Of a DNA stretch of 11,737 nucleotides, positions 7,543 to 11,737 are shown piece by piece. Location of the stretch: assembly GCA_051294375.1 (NCBI GenBank), contig JBJCIZ010000405.1:1-11737 (forward strand), written 5' to 3'. The translations under genes and the position numbers were made by a program. The notes beneath the pieces were generated by a model. The model did no database searches and was not told the origin of the DNA. It worked only from the letters and a program-made list of their open reading frames with translations. Source of the stretch: Paraspadella gotoi. Its lineage: Eukaryota > Animalia > Chaetognatha. How positions within the stretch are numbered: the stretch's first letter is position 1; the number at the start of each line of letters is the position of its first letter.

Positions 7543-8228
7543 TTTGTTATTAGTAGAAACGTTTCTTTTGAAGACGACATCAAAACATCTCTGAGGCGAC
7601 AGGAAGAAACCTAGTAGAGACATCTTTACGATCACGACCTTTTGCTCAACAAAGAAGTAAAACAAAAGTGATTGAGGTGGTTACAAAAGTCAAAAAACAA
7701 GTTTGAGCAAACAATGTCGGATCTGCCTACGATAATAAATTAATTAATTGATTAATTAATTAATTAATAGATTAATTAATTAATTAATAGATTAATTAAT
7801 TAATTAATAGATTAATTATAATTTATATTCAGCTTGTCATCATCGATGTCCTTAAAATTGAGTCAGGACAGTTATTAAATGTTTTGTTTACATTTTATCA
7901 AAACAAACAAATATCCTCTATTATCGAGCCAGGCGGGCAAAAGCCCGTCCTGTCTAGATTTTTTTTGGTTTAGCTTTCGGTCTCGCTTTTTTGCAATCAT
8001 GGGTTCTGAAAGTGTGATATCATAGGGAGTTGAAGTTTGCATATATGGCTTCTAATCATCAGATCTTTAAAATTCTCATTGTTTCATGATCAATATTGGT
8101 ATTTGTTTATGTTTTATTTACAAACAAAAACGTTTTAAATTATATGTCGCTCTCTCTCTCTCTTTTTCTCCGTCACTGCTTCTTCTAAACAACGAGTTCC
8201 GGCTCGTGCAGCGTCTGTCCAGCTTCTT

Positions 8229-8260
<32 letters not shown>

Positions 8261-8749
8261 ACCAAAAATTCTTTAGATATAATGTGGGTTCACTAATGTA
8301 AAAACGATGCCCGCGAACAGGGCGCGAACCCGGGTCCTTTGGGGAGAGGAATAGCTCACGCTACGTGCGGCGCATAAGTACTGCTGATTCTTTAACGAGG
8401 TAAAGGGCCTGTAGAGCTTCTCTCCTCTCTCTTCTCTTTTAATTATTATACTATCGCTCTTTCTCTTTCTCTTTTCTCTGCAGCGGCTGTCTCTCTCTCT
8501 CTCTCTTTTCTCTCTCTCTCTCTGTCTCTCGTCTCTCTGTGGTTGTGTCTGTCCTATCTGTCCGATTTTTTGCGTGATCGTTTGTTTTTTGAAAATCTGA
8601 TTATTTTTTTTCTTCTAAAAACTTTTATTATTGCCATTTATTCGCGCTTTTTTTCAATACAAAATCCCATATTTTCATCCAGATTTTCGTGGATTTATTC
8701 TCGTTTCTTTCTCTCTCTCTCTCTCTCCTCTTTCTCTCTCTCTCTTTCT

Positions 8750-8797
<48 letters not shown>

Positions 8798-10524
8798 ACT
8801 CATACACGCATTGTTTGTTTTATTGACTATCATCGCATCAATGATGACAATCATCGAATCAATGAAATGACAATCATCGCATCACTGAATGACTATCATC
8901 ACAGCAGTGAATGACTATCATCGCATCAATAATTGATTATCATCGAATCATAATCAATTCCTATTATATCAATAAATTACTATTACATCAATCAATTAGT
9001 ATTACCTCATCAATTACTAGTACATCAACAATTTGTTATCGCATGATTCATTAGTTTTTTTTCCCGGGTTTTTTCATTAATTTTCTATGATAGTGGGCTC
9101 TGGCCGATCTTGAGTCTTTAAGATTTTTTTATTATGTCTCCTTCTCTCTCTCTCTCTCTCTCTCACTCTCTCTCTTTCTCTCTCACTCCTCTCTCTCTCT
9201 CTCTCACTCTCTCTTCTCTCTCTCTCTCTCTCTCTTTTTTTATGCAATAGCGACGATCCTTATGCTTTAAGATTTTTTTAACTTGCATCATTTTTCAACT
9301 TGCATCATTTTTTTCAACTTGCATTCCCGTCAAAACTTTATATCTAGCTTCTTCACTCACTTTCTACCGGCTCACAAAATTTCATCTCAACCTATCATGG
9401 GTTAAAAAATAAATAAAAGATTCCAGTAAATGTGACTCATATTTTTTTCATTTAAACTCATTTCCACTGGTACCTTTCCACCTGAAACTTATATCAAGCT
9501 TCGTCATACGTTTTCCTACCCACACACCAAAATTTTCAACTCAATCTATCCATCAATTATGATTAATTGGAGTATTTATTGGTTAAAATAAGTAAAAGAA
9601 TTTTAGTAAAATTCGACTTTGTTTTTTCCATTTAAACTAATTTCCACTCACTACGATTCCATCGAATTTAATATCCAGCTATCACACACTTTTCTCCCAC
9701 ACACAAAATTTAATTCAATCCAACCCGCCAAATCACGAGTATTGAGCTTTTGCTAAGATGGGACGGATGACGGATTGATTGACTAATTAATTAATTATTG
9801 ATTAATTTATTTACTAATTGATTAATTAATGATTAATTATTTGATTTATTAATACATCCTGCAGATACATTTAATATAAAAGGAAAGAAGCATACAAATT
9901 AGTAAAACAGGTTTTTTGTTTTTTTTCCATTAAACTCATTTCCACTCAAACTATTCCATCGAAACTTGATTTCCGTTTCAATCACACACTCCTACCCACA
10001 TACAAAATCCAGTCAATCAGCCCACACTCATGAGCATTGGTGTTCAAATGTGATATATTTTTTTGTTTTTTTCCATTTAAACTCATTTCCACTCGGAACG
10101 ATTCCATCGAAACTAGTATCCAGCTCAATCACACACTTACCTATCCACACACAAAATTTCATTTAATCCAGTCCATCCAATCACGAGTAATTTGGTGTTT
10201 TTGCTAAGTGGGACGGACGGAAACGGACGGACGGACGGACGGACGGACGGACGGACATCATTTTTTTTTGCATAATTATCATAATTCGATGTTCTGACAT
10301 ATATAAGTGTGTGCCGACAATATTGAGGGGCGGACCGACGACCGAAAAGTGAGTTATAAAAAGTGAGTTATAGATCGGGATCTGCTGATAAGCAGATCCG
10401 ACTAAAAAAAAAAAAAAATTGATCAACAATTTTAAATGAGCGATAAAAGACAAAAACAAGTTAATCATCCAGATAATTTTTAACTGTGAGGAGTAATCAA
10501 TTTTTCATTCTACTTATAAATAAA

Positions 10525-10847
10525 TTACTGATAACATTGAATAAGGTTTCATCATTTTCCCATGGCAGAAAAAATCTCCAGCGTCGGAGGCAGTTACACC
10601 CGAAACTTTAATTGATAAGAATCCTGTTTTTCGCGAATTCATAAGCAGGTTCATTCATTTTGGAGTGGATTCGTTCCGGAAAAAGCAAGAGTTTTAGGTT
10701 TGATTTTCTTTCCCTCCACCCAGCTCCAAGTAGGGGAACAGAGGAAATCACATGTTATTTCCATATTTGAACCCAGTAAAGCAGTTCTGTGTGGTGGCAA
10801 ACAAGTACAAATTTGTAAAGAAAAGAGCAAAGATAAAATAAGATCAT
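10525..10847 (-). CDS. Duplicate copy of V4 (frameshifted)
   Basis: Same sequence as 4922-5248 with different indels; contains SDAGDFFCHG. Confidence 0.5.
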
Positions 10848-11254
10848 TTGATTATATTTATCGTTTTTTTTCTAACTGAAGTACGTGATTCTAGCTATTG
10901 AATATATGCGTTATCATAAAGTAGAAAATTTTTGATGCAATCTGGTACAACCAATATGAATGATAGAAGAAGACCGCACTAGAGACTACATGTGGTATAA
11001 TTGCAAAACAAAAGTCAAATTCTACATTTTTGAACGTCAAAATAAATAGCTTAAAATATAGAATTGAGGCGCAAAGTATTTAATAGTATCATATTTTGTA
11101 TCTTGAAGTTACTTTCAACTTTATTCATTTATTTACATTATTATATAAAGTCTCACACCAGACTTCTTATATACCCCTAATATCGAATAAGTGGGAAGGA
11201 ATCATAAATGAAGTAAAAATAAAAAAATTTTGATGGAAAGTGATTTTTCAAATT

Positions 11255-11628
11255 TTACCTAATATCATTTATGATTTGATTCAAATCAACGCTTGATTCA
11301 ATTCAACAACCCCTCCAAAGCCAACCTGTGAGTACTACCCCGCTGCGTCTGTATTGCATCTATATTTGAGGAAGAGAGAAGCAGAGTTAAATTGATTTCC
11401 GTTTTGAAGGAAGAGAAACGAGGATCTCCAACTTTTTGGACTGGGGCAACGAAGACGTACAATCGCTCGCGTTTTTTGATGCTCCTGTTTGTCGTGGAAC
11501 CCGAACCACATCTCAGGAGGAGCAAAGGACGATGTCTTGCAGGTTAAGGAGATTTTTTTGTCCCGCAAAGAAGCTCAGTTTGGTTTCGTTCGTAGAAAAC
11601 AGAAGAGATGAAATAAAATAATTGGAAT
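11255..11628 (-). CDS. Duplicate copy of the V3 body (continues from 6796-6820; frameshifted)
   Basis: KISLTCKTSSFAPP.MWFG, GDPRFSSFKT, TDA.G; ends ATT AG|GTAAAA. Confidence 0.5.
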
Positions 11629-11653
11629 NNNNNNNNNNNNNNNNNNNNNNNNN
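11629..11653. other. Assembly gap, 25 N
   Basis: N run counted directly. Confidence 1.
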
Positions 11654-11737
11654 GACAAAAAATCTCCTTAACCTGCAAATCGTCCTTTGCTCCTCCCTGG
11701 ATGTGGTTCGGTCAGAAACAGGGAGATTACAAAACGC
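11654..11737 (+). CDS. Third, cleaner fragment of V3 (runs off the window end)
   Basis: Open frame QKISLTCKSSFAPPWMWFGQKQGDYKT. Confidence 0.65.

Larger units (their letters stand above)
6821..11628. repeat. Second copy of block 1186-~6021 (offset 5608 bp in the core); probable assembly duplication
   Basis: Identical ORFs at +5608 (2478/8086, 2935/8543, 4358/9966). Core ~2021-4757 appears identical to ~7629-10365, while the flanks differ mostly by indels. Confidence 0.95.

Overview
AT-rich eukaryotic (metazoan-like) genomic DNA. The main content is a tandem array of at least seven diverged paralogous cassettes (called V0-V6 here, about 330-390 bp where complete). Each encodes ATG + signal peptide + one immunoglobulin-like domain (C-x-S-x-F-P-P-x-W-x-W ... 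H-P-x-L/F-x-x-x-R-Y/F-x-F ... D-A-G-x-x-x-C). Most end at the same AG|GT(A/G)A junction, which reads both as a phase-2 splice donor and as Arg-stop. Most are preceded by a shared TGTC(G/T)CTA-like motif. The layout resembles clustered variable first exons (protocadherin, UGT1A or chelicerate sDscam style); no constant exon is visible in the window. The ORF track shows only V1 intact; the others are broken by indels or junctions. The window looks misassembled. Blocks 1186-6461 and 6821-11628 are two copies of one segment, each inverted relative to its left flank and closed by exactly 25 Ns, with an apparently identical ~2.7 kb core and indel-rich flanks. Re-orienting them gives V0-V1-V2-V3-V4-(~3 kb repeat-rich spacer)-V5-V6, all on one strand. 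The spacer holds (CT)n, (GGAC)n, minisatellites, a possible Helentron/HINE-type element, a Helitron-like hairpin-CTAG and a tRNA-derived SINE-like head.
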